This document shows, piece after piece, positions 27,221 through 41,518 of a stretch of DNA of 64,000 nt. This stretch comes from Felis catus (Eukaryota): assembly GCF_018350175.1 (NCBI RefSeq), contig NC_058368.1, positions 165,852,001-165,916,000 of the forward strand, written 5' to 3'. Numbering within the stretch: the first letter of the stretch is position 1; each line of letters starts with the position of its first letter. The position numbers and the translations under genes are program-made. The notes below the pieces were generated by a model. That model was not told the DNA's origin. It searched no databases and saw only the letters and a program-made list of their open reading frames with translations.

Positions 27221-27901
27221 GGAAATGATATTTATTAATGTGAACACTGGTTATTTATTTCTGATGTGACTATAGAGGATTTTATCACTACTTGTATTAC
27301 TTACATTTTTAAAATATGCAATTAAAATACGTTATTTTCACAATAAAAATTCATCCAAAAAGAAAAAGGACTTTCTAAAATCTGACAGTCCTCTACAAAT
27401 CTAAATTTATCTTCCATTCCCTCCAGATTTCTTTCCTCACAGCAGTAATACAGACTGAAAGTAATCTGGCAACATGTCATGATTATTCTTTCATCTAGGT
27501 CTTTGGAGAAGTGAAATCCATAGAATTCCCCATTTTTTTTAAAAAATTTTACCCACTTTTCTATTCTATCCTTCTTTATGATGCCTTCATTGACTACTAC
27601 AGCCTTTGTTCATTTCTCTATCTTCTTGCTATCCTTCAATATTGATATTAGACTCTATAAAATTCCTAAAGCCTCTCCAATTACTTTCAGCTAAGTAAGA
27701 GATTGGAGTACATATTTGTTTCAGTTTTCTCTAATGCAGAGTGGTCACTTAAATATTTAATTAAATAGCTATTTCATTTTCCTTCTTCCCTCCTGAGAAG
27801 CAAATAATCTAGGTCCTCAATGGTTTAAATATTAATAATGGACTATCAAAGGGCTTGGGACCACAAGCATTAACAAAACTGTCATACTATGTTTTCTTCA
27901 G

Positions 27902-27945
27902 TCCTCATGCTCCCTTTTATGTAAGTAATTTGCTCTTACAACCAG
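27902..27945 (+). pseudogene. Candidate small pseudo-exon PHAPFYVSNLLLQP (or 19-nt exon ending at 27920)
   Basis: gttttcttcag acceptor with two possible donors (gtaagt at 27921, gtacaa at 27946). SNLLLQP resembles recalled LDILIAP. Confidence 0.35.
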
Positions 27946-28087
27946 GTACAAGCAGTAATTTAAGACCCAGATCTTACACTGGTCACCAATGAAGACATAT
28001 AATACCCAAGGCAAATCTCTCCTTTGGGATATTTAAAAAAAAGATAATTTTATATTTATAAATCTCAATTAGGTCTATATCTTTCAG

Positions 28088-28165
28088 ATTACCTGTTGTT
28101 GACAGCCCTGTCTAGTGATTGTGTCACAAGTTTGAAGACCGTTATTTTGTTTAAGTATCATTATG
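28088..28165 (+). pseudogene. Pseudo-exon (phase 1->1): YLLLTALSSDCVTSLKTVILFKYHY-G
   Basis: tatctttcag acceptor, G|gtgggt donor, open 78-nt frame. ILFKYHYG weakly resembles recalled LLFSHNAG. Confidence 0.5.
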
Positions 28166-28710
28166 GTGGGTCTTATCCTTAAACCTTAAATCCCCAAAGG
28201 TCTTAAATCCTCTGCCAGTCTAACCGGATCACTTTTATTTCTGTATTCCCAAAAGACTCAACAGAGGTGTCTGAAATTATTTAGTTCATCTATATGCAAA
28301 AAAACATGGGTTATCCTCCTAGTCTATTACAACAGAGAAAGCAACTAAAGTGAAACAAAGTGATTTTACTTATTGAAAACTTTGTTTTACAAGAAATAGG
28401 TATTGATTTTTATATAAAAATTAATACATTTTGAATTTGAATCTCATGAAGATTATAAAGAGATGGTGAACTAATAGTTTATATAAAATAAGTGCATTAT
28501 GTGAGTCACTAACCAAGTATGCTATATTTTATCAAGATCAACTTCATTTCATATTAGGTAAAAATATTTATTGTATTTTTAACAGTTTGTCCTTGCTCTG
28601 GCAATAAAAGCCTCCAAAATATTATCAATACAAAAGAAGCAGACAAATTGTGGTTATAAATATTGTATTTGAGGACCACTGTATTATGTTCTGTTTGAAA
28701 AAAGGATTAA

Positions 28711-28915
28711 GGGGGCACTTGGGTGGCTCAGTCAGTTAAGCATCCGACTTCAGCTCAGGTCATGATCTCATGATCCATGAGTTTGAGCCCCACACAGGGC
28801 TCTGTGCTGACAGCTCAGAGCCTGGAGCCTCCTTTGATTTCTGTCTCCATCTCTCTCTCTGCCCCTCCCCTGCTCATGCTCTGTCTCTTTCTCTCTCAAA
28901 AATAAACATTAAAAA
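28711..28915 (+). mobile_element. CanSINE
   Basis: TSD aaaaa(g/t)gattaag. Confidence 0.9.
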
Positions 28916-30063
28916 AATGATTAAGGTAGGAATGAGGCTGATGCTTAACTAAGTAGTTTCAGCAATTATAGGTAGGTACTCTTGTACCAGTAAACTCTTA
29001 ATTATTTATGTTCCAACTTCTCTATAAAGAGTTGCTGCTGAAAAAATACTGACCATCCAGGGACTGCATTTTCCATTTGTACCTCATTCCCATCCTCTTT
29101 GAATATAGGCAGGACTATGCAATAGTTCTCTTGAAAAGAACATGAGTTGAAGTGAACTGTAGCAATACAACATTCTTCCAGTTAAAGGAGGTCCTAATGA
29201 ATGGTAAAAGCATATGGTAGAAGGATAGTGGATCCCTGATTCGCATGTGGAGAAAAACTGTTTGCTAAGAAAGCCATATTGGATTACTGCAAGAGTAAAA
29301 CAGAAGCCTCTATTGCATAAATCAACTGAAATGCTGAGCTTTGTTTCATGCACCAGCTAGCATATTAAAAAAAAAATATCACATACATACTTACACCACT
29401 GCAATTTCCATAAAGTTCAATAAAGCACAAAATTAATTTAGAACATTCTCAAAAGTTATTGAATAAACTCCTGCACAGAGCACTGATAAACTAAGAAAAG
29501 AAGTATGTCCATCATAAATTACAACTAAATAGTGAGACATTAGAGGCATTCACATAATCACCGAGCATTGTAATTTATATTACCCCAATATTACATGACA
29601 TTATTCTGAAATTAAAGACAATTTAGTAATAAGGAAATAGAATTCTAGCATTCAATCATTATAAGGAGACAGATATATTCTACATTGGTGATACAATTAA
29701 ATAATAATAATAATAATAAAGAAATGATTAAATTACTAAGAACATAGGATGAATTTAATGTTCAGCAAATTGACCAGACACACCAAATATTACAAAGTTA
29801 ATAGTATTAATATTCAACCAATAATAAATAAAACAATGAAAATAAAATCAATACTGTTTTATGGAATACTATTAACAAATGAGGATGAGTTATGTGAAAA
29901 TAATCATAAAATTACACTCAAATTTTTCAGTGTTTTTTTTCTTCTTATTTTTTTTTAATTCCAGTCAGTTAACAGACAGTGTAATATTAGTTTCAGGTGT
30001 ACAATATAGTGATTCAACACTTCCATACATCACCCTGTGCTCATCAAGACAGGGGCACACCAT

Positions 30064-30278
30064 GGGGTGCCTGGGTGGCTCAGTCGGTTAAGCAGCCGAC
30101 TTCAGCTCAGGTCATGATCCCACGGTCTGTGAGTTTGAGCCATGCGTTGGGCTCTGTGCTGACAGCTTGGAGCCTGGAGCCTGCTTCAGATTCAGTGTCT
30201 CCCTCTCTCTCTCTGCCCCTCCCCCATTCGTGCTCTCTCTCTGCCTTTCAAAAAATGAATAAATGCTAAAAAAAAAAA
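30064..30278 (+). mobile_element. CanSINE inside L1
   Basis: TSD aagacaggggcacacc. Confidence 0.92.
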
Positions 30279-30671
30279 AAGACAGGGGCACACCTTAATT
30301 CTCATCACCTATTTAACACACCCTCTACTCCCCTCTCCTCAGTTTGTTTTCTACAATTAAGATTCTCTCTCTCTCTCTTTCTCTCTCTCTTCCCCTTGGC
30401 TTATTTGTTAAATTTCATATCTGAGTGAAATTATATGGTATTTGTCTTGCTTTGACTTACTTATTTTGCTTAGCATTATGCTCTCTAGCTCCATCCCAAT
30501 CCTTGCAAATGGCAAGATTTCATTAGTTTTTATTCATTAGTTTTTATATCCCAATAAAATTTACATATATTATCCTAAATCTTCTGTATCCATTTATCAA
30601 TCAATGTATATTTGAGCTACTTCCATATCTATTATAAATAATGCTGGTATAAACATGGGTGCATGTATTTT

Positions 30672-30869
30672 TTTAAGTTTATTTGTTCTGAGAGAGACAG
30701 AGACAGCGTGAATGGGGGGGGGGAGAGGGAGAGAGAGTGAATCATAAGCAAGCTCCACACTGTCAGTGCAGAGCCTGATGCCTGGCTCAAACCCACAAGA
30801 CTGCCAGATCATGACCTGAGCTGAACCAAAAGTTGGACAGCTCAACTGACTGAGCCACCCAGGCACCCC
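30672..30869 (-). mobile_element. CanSINE inside L1
   Basis: TSD gggtgcatgtattttt. Confidence 0.9.
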
Positions 30870-31291
30870 ATGGGGTGCATGTATTTTTTGAATTAGTGTT
30901 TTTGTATTTTAGGGCTAAATACCCAGTAGTGTGATTGCTGGATCATAGGGTGGTTCTATTTTTAACTTTTTTAGGAAACTCCATACTGTTTTCCATAGTG
31001 GTTATACCAATTTACATTCTCACCAATAGTGCAAGAGGATTCCCCTTTTCTTCACATTCTTGCCAACACCTGTTGTTTCTTATGTTGTTCATTTTAGCCA
31101 TTCTGACAGGTGTGAAGTGATATCTAATTGCAGTTTTGATTTGCATTTCTCTAATGATCAGTGATGATGAGCATCTTTTCATGTGTCTGCCACCTGTCTT
31201 CTTTAGAGAAATGTCTGTTCATTCTTCTGCCCATTTTCAATTGGATTATTTATTTTGGGGTGTCGAATTGTATCAGTTCTTTATATATTTT

Positions 31292-31344
<53 letters not shown>

Positions 31345-32368
31345 TATATATATACATATAATCAGTTATTTATCCCCTTATTGGATTTGTCATTTGCAAC
31401 TATCTTCTCCCATTCTGTAGATTGTCTTTTAATTTTGTTGATTGTTTCCTTTGCCATGCAGAAGTCTTTTATTTTGATAATAAATAGTTTATTTTTGCTT
31501 TTATTTCCCTTTCCTCAGGAGACCTATCTAGAAAAATTTTGCTATGGCCAGTATCAAAGAGATTACTACCTGTGTTCTTTTCTAGAACTTTGATGACTTT
31601 CTGTATCACATTTAGGGTCTTTTATACATTTTGAATTTATTTTTGTGTATGTGTAATAAAGTAGTCCAGTTTCATTCTTTTGCATATTCCTGTCCAGTTT
31701 TCCCAACACAATTTGTTGAAGAGACATTCTTTTTTTCCAATGGATATTATTATTTCTTGTCTTGCTGAAGATTAATTGACCTTATAACTGTGGGTTAATT
31801 TCTGGATTTTCTATTCTGTTCTATTGAACTATGTGTTTATTTTTGTGCCAGTACCATATTGCTTTCATTACTATACCCTTGTAATATAACTTGAAGTCCA
31901 GAATTGTGATGCCCCTATCTTTGGCCATCTTTTTTTAAGATTGTTTTGGCTATTCAACAGGGTGTTTTGTACTTCCATACAAATTGAGCATTGTTCTAGT
32001 TCTGTAAAAAATGCTGTTGGTGTTTTGATAGGGATTACATTGAATGTGTAGATTTTTTTTGTGTAGTATAGAAATTTTAATAATATTTGTCCTTCCAATC
32101 CATGATCATAGTGTATCTTTCCATTTCTCTGTGTCATCTTCAATGTCTTTAATCAGTGTTCTATAGTTTTCAGAGTACAGGTCTTTCACCTCTTTGGTTA
32201 GGTTTATTCCTAGGTATCTTAGTATTTTGTATGTGATTTTAAATGGGATTGATTCCTTAATTTCTTTTGCTTCTGCTTCATTATTAGTATATAGAGATGT
32301 AATAGATTTATGTACAGTGATTTTGTATCCTGTGACTTTACTGAATTTGTGTATCTGTTCTAGCAGTA

Positions 32369-32405
<37 letters not shown>

Positions 32406-33702
32406 ACGTGTGTATGATTATGTGGGGTCTTTAGGGTTTTCTATATGTAGTATCACATCATATGTAAATAGTGCAAGTTTTACTTCTTCCTTACAAATTT
32501 GGATGTTTTTATTTTTTTATGCTGATTGCTGAGGATGGAACTTCCAGTATGATGTTGAACAAAAGTGGTGAGAGTGGACATCCTTGTCTTGTTCCTGACC
32601 TTAGGGGAAAAGATCTCAGTTTTTCCCCAATGAGAATGATGGTATATCTGAGTTTTTCATAGATGGCCTTTATTATGTTAAAGTATGTTCCCTCTTGTTG
32701 AGGGTCTTTATCATGAATGGATGTTGCACTTTGTCAAATGCTTTTTCTACATCTATTGAATGATCACATGATTCATATCCTTTCTCTTTTTGATGTGATG
32801 CATCACATTGAATGATTTGTGAATATGGAACCACCCTTGCAACCCAGGAATAAATCCTATTTATCATGGTTAATGTTTTTTATTTTTTAATGTATTGTTG
32901 AATTCAGTTTGCTAGTATGGTATTGAGAATTTTTGCAACTATGTTCATCAGGGAAATTGGACCGTAGTTCTCTTTTTTTACTGGTGTCTTTATCTGGTTT
33001 TGGTATCAGGATAAGGGTGGCCTCATGGAATAAATTTGGGAGCTTTCCTTATGTTTCTACTTTTTGGAATAGTTTGAGAAGAATAGGTATTAACTTTTCC
33101 TCAAATGTTTGGCAGAATTCACCTGTGAAACCATCTGGTCCTGCACTTTTGTTCATTGGGAATTTTTTCGATTACTGACCCAATGTCTTTGCTAGTTATC
33201 AGTCTGTAAATTATACTTAATTTTTTGTAAAGTATCCGAAAGTCACAGCTCACATTGAAGACACAAATTTGAAAGAAATGAATGAAAATGTCCTATGGTG
33301 TGTATAGCATAATATATATGTTTGCTGTACTTTAATTACAAATTTAATTAATTTCATTTATGAATTAATACTATTTCTTGCATAAATATGATAACTCCTA
33401 TATAAATTATGGGATGTTATACTTTTGAAATAAAATTTTTTGCATCTATTGGTAAGATTTGCTTATAGATTTATGTGTTAAGAATCTGTACGGTTTTATT
33501 ATTAGTATTAAATGTTCCTCAAAAAATAAAGACTATACCTAATTATATATAATTTTAAGTAACATAAAAATAAAATGTCAATTAGTGTTAAAATAATTGG
33601 CTAATTTGTATGTGTCTAGAAGTTCTGTGAGATAATTTTTCATTATTTTTTTCCTTAAATAACTAGCCATCAACACGTCAGAATATTTTTTCATTTACAT
33701 TT

Positions 33703-33914
33703 AAAAATTTTTTAATGATTTTATTTATTTTTGTGATAGAGATAGAGCATGAGTGGGGGAGGGGCAGAGAGACAGGGAGACACAAAATCTGAAAAGGACT
33801 CCAGGCTCTGAGCTGTCAGCACAGAGCCTGATGCAGGGCTCAAACTCACCAACAATGAGATCATGACCTGAGTTGAAGTCAGATGCTTAACCGACTGAGC
33901 CACCCAGGCACCCC
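33703..33914 (-). mobile_element. CanSINE
   Basis: TSD ttttttcatttacattt. Confidence 0.92.
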
Positions 33915-34140
33915 TATTTTTTCATTTACATTTTAAAGACAGACAACACAATTTTTATATTATCTGTTACATTATAGGAACATAATATTCTTATAATTCT
34001 TGCATTGACATGTACACTTATTGTTCTCTTTAAAACTGGTGATTTATTCTGGTAATATATAATTTGAGATACAATACGTTTAAAACTATGATGACTATTG
34101 AATCTTTCTTACTCATTTTAATTATTCTTTTCCCCCAATT

Positions 34141-34342
34141 TTTTTAAATTTATTTTGGGGACAGAGAGAGACAGAGCATGAACTGGGGAGGGGCTGAGAG
34201 AGAGGGAGACACAGAATCAGAAACAGGCTCCAGGCTCCGAGCCATCAGCCCAGAGCCTGACGCGGGGCTCGAACTCACAGACCGCAAGATCGTGACCTGG
34301 CTGAAGTCGGACGCTTAACCGACTGCGCCACCCAGGCACCCC
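34141..34342 (-). mobile_element. Young feline SINE
   Basis: TSD-like tcttttcccc..aattt. Confidence 0.92.
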
Positions 34343-34479
34343 GTCTTTTCCCCAAATTTTAATCTTACCAATACTACTTACTTTCCATTTGATTTTACAT
34401 GAAATATTAGTACTTTTTATTTATGGTTTGTTCTAATATTGTTTTAATCTCTTTATTTTAATTACTTATTTTTGTTTTT

Positions 34480-37400
34480 ATTAGTAATTTTATTGAAATG
34501 AAATTCACAAATCAAACGATAAATGAGTGCTATTTAGTATATTCACAGTGTTGTGCAGCCTCCATCTCTTTCAAGGTTCAAAACTTCATCATCTCAGAAA
34601 AAACAACCTGAACCCATTATGTAATCAGTCTTTTCCCCTTCCATCCAACCCTTGGTAATCTCGAAACTGTTCTCAGTCTTTATGGATTTGCCTATCCCAG
34701 ATATAGCACATAAAAAATAATAAAATCTATGACCCTTTGTGTCTGCATTCTTTTAGTTAACAAAATGTTTTCATGTTTCATCCTTGTGGTAGCATGTATC
34801 AATACTTTGTTCCCTGTTATGCTGGAATAATATTCCATTGTCTGAATATCATAAATGTATAACACAATTTGTTTATCCAGTCATCAATTGGTGAACATTG
34901 TTTTCAATTTTGACTACTGTGAACAATGGTGCTATAAATCTTTCTGTACAAGTTTCAGCAGCATGAACATATGTTTTCATTTCTTTTGGGTATAAATCTA
35001 GGAATGGAATTGCTGTGTCATATGTTATTTCTATGTTTAACTTTTTGAGAAACCACCAAAATGTTTTCTACAGTGGCTGTTCCATTTTTCATTCTTACCA
35101 GCAGTGTACTGGGACTGTACTTAACCACAATTTTGCCAATGCTTATTATTTTATGCTTTTTGATTAAAGTCATTCCAAAAGGTGTAAAGTAATTACCTCA
35201 TTATAGTTTTGATTTTCAATTCCATAAACCAATGATCTTACACCTTTTTCATGTTCTTATTGGCCATTTGTATGTCTTATTTGGAGAAATATCTGCCCAA
35301 GCCCATTGTACATTTTTTAATAGGTTGTTATTTTGTTGACAAGTTGTTTGAGTTCTTTACATATTCTGGATATTAAACTTTTACCAGATATTCAATTTGA
35401 AAATAGTTTTTCCTATTCTGTCAGAAAATAGTTTCTCCCATTCTGTCAGTTATCTTTTAACTTTCTTTGTAATGTCATTTGATTTAATATCAAGTTTTTA
35501 TTTAAATTCTAGTTAGTTAACATATATAGTAAAATTGGTTTCAGGTGTAGAATTCATTTATCCACCATTTACATACAACACCCAGTGCTCATCACAAATG
35601 CCTTCCTTAATGCCCACCACCCATCCCCCTCCATCAACCCTTAGTTTGCTCTCAATAGTTAAGAGTCTCTTATGATTTGCTTCTTTTTCTCTCTTCCCCC
35701 CACCCTTGCCCTATGGTCATGTGTTTTGTTTCTTAAATTCCACGAGTTAAATCATATGGTATTTGTTTTTCTCAGACTGACTTATTTTGCTTAGCATAAT
35801 ACCCTTTAGCTCCAAACACACTGTTGCAAATGGCAAGATTTCATTCTTTTTGATGGTGGAGTAATATTCCATAATATATTATGGAATAATATATTCCACA
35901 CAATAATATTCCATAATGTATATTATATATTATATATATTATATATTACACTATATATAATATATATACACATCTTCTTTATCCATATAAGCAGGGAGGA
36001 GCAGACAGAGAAGGAGACAGGATCTAAAGTGGGCTCTGTGCAGACAGCACACAGCCCAGTGTGGGCTCAAACTCACCAACTGTGAGATCATGACCTGAGC
36101 TGAGGTTGGACACTTAACCCACTGAACCCCCAGATGCCACTAAAAATATTAGTTTTTATCAAGTCCAATTTATCTTTTTTTTTCCTTTGGTTCCTTGTAG
36201 TTTTGTTGTCATATTTAAAAATCCATTTCCAAATCCTAGCTCATAAAGACTTATCCCTATGCTTTCTTCAAATAGTTTTATAATTTTAGTTCTTATATTA
36301 TGCTATTGATTCATTTTTTTAAAGGAATGAGAGTGAGCTCCATTTTTTTTTTTTTGCATGTGATGATTCAGTTGTTCTGAAACCATCAAAACAATTTTGT
36401 TAAGAGACAATTCCTTATCCAATAAATGGTCTTGGCTCTCTTATCAAATCGATTGACTGTAAACATTGAAATTAATTTCTGGACTGCCAATTTTATTCTA
36501 CTAGTCTTAATGTATGCTCATACCAATACTGCACCACTTTGATAATACTAGCTTTGCAGTAAGCTTTGAAATCAGGAAGCATGAGTTATCTGTTTTTCAT
36601 GTCAGTATTATTTTGGTTACCCAAGGCCCCTAACAGTTTCATAGAAATATAAGGATCAGCTTTCTCATTTCTGTAAAATACACCACTAGAATTTTGATAG
36701 AGATTGCACTGACTTTGTAAACAGTTTGGGGTATATTTCCATCTTAATAATACTGACTTATATTCAATAAACATAGGATAGCTTTTCATTTATTTAGGTT
36801 GTTAACTGCTTATAGCAATGATTTGTAGCTTTCAACAAACACACATTTTACCTCCTGGTTAAATTTATTCCTAAGTGTTATATCCTTCAAACGCCATTAT
36901 AAATAGAATTTTTAATTTTTATTTCCTTTTCATTTTTTCATTGATAGTGTATAGAAAAACAACTAGCCATGCAACTGTGCTTAATATGATCATTAGCTCA
37001 AGTAGTTTGTGTGTTATTTGGGTGTGTACTGCAGGGGAAATGGGAAGTTCAATATGATTTTCTGACATAGCATCATGTCATCTGAGAACAAAAATAGCTT
37101 TACTTCTCTCTTTTCAGTGTGCATCCCCTTTATTTCTTTCACTTGACTATTTGCTGTTGCTAGGACTTCTAGTATAATACGGAATAGCAGTCGCCCTTTT
37201 CTTGTTCCTGATCTTAGGAGAAAGGTTCTCAGTCTTTCACAATTGAGGGTGGTGCTGTTTCCTGGTTTGCCTCTCTCTCTTTTTTTCCCTTTGCTCTTTA
37301 GCTGGTGGTTATCAGAGGAGAGGTGGATGGGGGATGGGTTAACTAAGTGATGGGGTTTAAGGCATGGACTTGTGAAGAGCACCAAGTGTTATATGGAAGG

Positions 37401-39010
37401 GTTGAATCACTATATCTTACACCTGAAACTAATATTACAATGGTAACTACCTGGATTTTAATAAAAAATTAAAATATAATAAAATATAAACATATAATAA
37501 AAAACTATAAAAAATGATTGTGATGTTAGCTGTGAGTTTTTGATAATGCACTGCATCATTTTAAGGAAGCTCCTTCTACTCCTAGTTTGGTGAAGAGTTT
37601 TTATAATGAAAGAGAGTTGGATTTTATCAAATCATTTTTTTCCATCTGTTGAGATGATCACGTGATACTTTTTCCCTTTGTTCTATTAATGTGATGTGTT
37701 ACATTAATTGGGTTTCTTGTGTTGTATCACCTTTGTGTTTGTGGGATAAATTATACTTCTTCAGGATGAATCATTCTTTCAATGTACTATTGAATTTGAT
37801 TTGTTGTTATTTTGTTGAGGACTGTTGTATCTATATTAATCACGAATATTGACTGTTGTTTACTTTTCTCCTGGCATATCGTGTATCAGAGTAATACTGG
37901 CTTGAGAGAATGTGTCAGAAGTGTTCCCCTCCTTTTACTTTTTTGGAAGAGTTTGAGTAGGATTGGCCTTAATTCTTCATAGTTTGGTAGAATACATGGC
38001 TCAGTGAAGCCATTTGGTCCTGGACTTTTCTTTGTTGGAAGAATTTTAATTACTTAATCTCTTTACTTGTTATAGACATGTTTAGATTTACTATTTGAAT
38101 CAGATTTGGTAATTTGTGTGTTTCTAGGAGTTTTTTTCTATTATATCTAGATATCTAATTTTTTGACATACAACTTGCCATAGCATTATCTTACGATCCT
38201 TTTGTTTTTATAAAGCCCACAGTAATGCCCCTGCATTAATTTTTTTAAGTTTAGTTATTGTGTATTCTTTTTTATTTTTTCTACAGTCTCACTAAGGACT
38301 TATCAGTTTTTTTTTATCTTTTCAAAAAACCAACATTTGATTTTATTCCTTCTATTGCTTTTCTAGTCTCTATTTTATCTCTATACTAATCTTTATTATC
38401 ACCTTTCTTCTGCTTGGGTTTAGTTTGCTATTCTTTTTCTAGTTCCTTAAAGTATATAAGATTATTTATTTGAGATATTTCTATTTTTTTAAATGTAGGC
38501 ATTTGTGGCTATACATTTCTCTCTGAGCACTGATTTTGTTTTATCCTATACATTTTGGTATGTTTTGATTTTATTTTCACCCATCTCAAAGTATTTTATA
38601 ATTTCTCTAGTGATTTTTCCCTTGACTTTTTGTTTTTAAGGCTATGTTAAGAGTCTGTTTAATTTCCACATATTTTCCAGTTTCCCTCTGCTGTTGACTT
38701 CTACTTTTATTCTATTGTAGTCATAAAACATCCTTTGCATTATTTCAATCCTTTAAAAGGCATTGAGAAGTGTTTTATGGGCTTACATATGGTCTATCCT
38801 GGAAAAGATTGTATGTGCATTTGAGATGAATGCATAATTTCTGTTGCTGTGTGGAATGTTCAGAATGTCTGTTAGATATAGTTCGTTTATACTGTTGATC
38901 AAATCTCATATTTCCTTTTGAACTTGTGTCAAAATGTTCGATCCATTATTGAAAGTGCAGTAATGAAATCGACAACTATTATTGTAGAACAATCTATTTC
39001 TCCCTTCAAT
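34480..39010 (-). mobile_element. Older LINE-1 (L1MA/MB-like) antisense, with nested younger L1 3' ends (~35495-35985 minus; ~37305-37470 plus)
   Basis: Antisense ORF2 (FLLRSGTRKG..LEVLA..KLFLFSDDM) and an L1 3' end. Confidence 0.8.
35990..36140 (-). mobile_element. Partial CanSINE
   Basis: gagatcatgacctgagctgagg. Confidence 0.8.
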
Positions 39011-39024
39011 TCTGTCAGTGGTTG

Positions 39025-39185
39025 TTTCAGTGTCCCTAATAAGGTTTTATTGGAACAGCCATACTCATTTAATATAATATACTGCTTCTGTACTATAACA
39101 ATCCACTTGAATACTTGAGACAGGGATCGTATGACCCTCCAAGTTTAAATTATTTACTATCTGGGACTTTATTGAACAAGTTTAC
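39025..39185. mobile_element. MER58A-like fragment
   Basis: ttttattggaacagccatactcattt...tatttactatctgg. Confidence 0.55.
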
Positions 39186-39771
39186 TATAAAAGAATGGCA
39201 GAACTCCCACAAAGACAAGAATTAACATAGACATTTTCACTCAGTTGTTTCTTTTGACTTATATATTGGAGTTGAACAGGAAAAAGTCCAAATATTTAAT
39301 ATAAGGACATGCTCTTGGGTGTATGGGAGATAATTTCAAGTAAAAAATATAGCAATGTTACCTGGTCATGTTATCAATGAGAGCAAGTTGGTGGGAAAAA
39401 AAGGGAGGTGGGAAATGATCCTGTAATTGCATAAATAATTTAACATGAAATATCTGATTTTAAGTAATTATGTTACCCAATTAACGTAGTAATAAACTTT
39501 TGAAAGATGTAAAAATTTGTTAATCCAAATATTATGGTAGGACAATATGAATTAATACACTAAAACTACAAGAGAACTTCCTTAAAAGATAATGGTGGCT
39601 TTCTAAAAATCTATCCAAGCTTCATGTTTAATAGTGAGACAAAGTTCCTTTAAAGAAATTAACAAGATAGAAATTCACATTTACCAATATTTCTATTCAG
39701 TATTCATAAGCATAATGGGGAGTAAAATAATATACGATAAACAAAAGAGGTATTTAAAGGTTGAAAGAAAA

Positions 39772-39978
39772 GGGTCACCTGAGTGGCTCAGTTGGTTAAG
39801 CATCTGACTTCAGCTCTGGTCATGGTCTCACAGGTCAGAAGTTCGAGACCCACATCAGGTTCTGTGCTCATAGCTCAGAGCCTGGAACCTGCTTTAGACT
39901 CTGTGTTTCCCTCTCTGTTTACCCCTCTTTCACTCACAGTCCATCTTTCTATCAAAAGTGAATAAACATTAAAAAAAT
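39772..39978 (+). mobile_element. CanSINE
   Basis: Head and A-tail. Confidence 0.88.
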
Positions 39979-40819
39979 TGAAGTTTAAAAGAAAACTGAT
40001 TTTCAATATTCAGGGATCCAATACCTAAATAACCAAATATCCAAAAAAAATGTCAAGCAATTGAAGAATATGATTTCTAGACAATTCAATAGCATTACAG
40101 ATGTTAGAAACATAACGTAGCCAAGGTTTTTTTTTTAAATTACAATTAAAATAGAAATAGAAATTAAAGGTACTGAGGAGATATATGTAAATAAATATAT
40201 ATATATATATATAATATTTATTGAGAAAATTATAAAACTTCATCAAAGATGTAAAGAAAACATTGAAAATAGAAATATATACTATATTCAAGGATAGAGA
40301 ATTATAAATAATAGGAAAATATAATTTAATCCTGTATTAGTCTATAGATTATATGCAAGTCCTATCAAAAATCATGTGCTTTCATGAAACCTGATTTGGT
40401 AGACCAACCTAAAGTTATAGAATGACCGCAGAGACAGATGTACCCTAGGGAAAGGACAAGCATGCAGAAATGAGACAGAAGCCATTTAAATGCCACAGAG
40501 GAAGACTCCCTTTGGCCAATGAAAAAATGATAAAGCACAATTTTCTAAGACAACCTAAATTTCTCTTATATAAGAGATTTTTTCGAGGTGATAAAATGTT
40601 TGTTAAAGTGCACCTCTGATACATCTGTAGTAGAAGTGTTCAGATCAGAGAAAAAGTAGTATGACTGGAACGATGCGTGTTCTAGGAAATTCTAAGGATG
40701 AGTATATGACATGATTGCTCAGTTATTCTAAGAATACCTTGAAAATACCTCTTACACTGCCAAAAAATGACAGGCTCTTTAGAGACTAATGCCTAACTAC
40801 TTGGTAAATTGCATTTCAG

Positions 40820-40912
40820 ACTCCTAGAAAATTATAAATCCTAATTTACTTATTGTACTACTTCAATTTTTAAAGAGCTAAACAGTAGAACAGGTGAAGA
40901 AGACTAATCTTG
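40820..40912 (+). pseudogene. Candidate pseudo-exon (frameshifted; TTSIFKE / TVEQ)
   Basis: gcatttcag acceptor, donors CAG|gtgaag (40894) or TG|gtaaga (40913). TTSIFKE resembles recalled FSSIFEA. Confidence 0.4.
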
Positions 40913-41156
40913 GTAAGAGTTTTTGCTAGTAAAATTTGCAGGCTTACATATATATGGTTATTGGGTATGATTTCATCTCCTAATTTTTTATCTCCACATG
41001 TCTAATGACAAGCAAGTCTGTCACTATTTAGATTAGGACCAATCTTAATTGGTGTTCTTCCATTCCCTTCCTTTTTTTTTTTAATCTGTAGTTGTCACTA
41101 TATCTACAATTATAGAGTTAATCAAAATTAACTAAATAAATTCTTGGAATTAACAG

Positions 41157-41252
41157 ATGGAGAGTGTTACAAATACAAATGGAGACATGTACATCTGGCT
41201 GTTAGTTATAGGAAATATTAGTTATTTTGTCTGTGGATTTACTAACTCCCTT
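41157..41252 (+). pseudogene. Candidate pseudo-exon (96 nt): MESVTNTNGDMYIWLLVIGNISYFVCGFTNSL
   Basis: taacag acceptor, CTT|gtaagc donor. Open in phase 0 and in phase with the next exon. Confidence 0.45.
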
Positions 41253-41320
41253 GTAAGCAGCAGTCACTTATAATTCTATATTTATGCTTCTTTTCCAAGT
41301 GCTTCTCACCTTTTTCGCTC

Positions 41321-41323
<3 letters not shown>

Positions 41324-41367
<44 letters not shown>
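41324..41367. repeat. (GT)n microsatellite
   Basis: Direct inspection. Confidence 0.95.
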
Positions 41368-41371
<4 letters not shown>

Positions 41372-41518
41372 AAAATGTTGTATATTCTCCAAACAATTGT
41401 ATTTTAATCATATAGATGGAGTAAAATTTAGGATTTATCTTTAGCCATTATCTGTTTGCCAACTCTTCCTTTGGTTGCAAAATATAATAAAATTGTCCGA
41501 TTAAAATGAACGCATGCA

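Larger units (their letters stand above)
29940..33205 (-). mobile_element. LINE-1 3' ~2.8 kb (carnivore), with two SINEs and microsatellites inserted
   Basis: Antisense ORF2 text ([35 protein letters not shown]). Confidence 0.92.
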
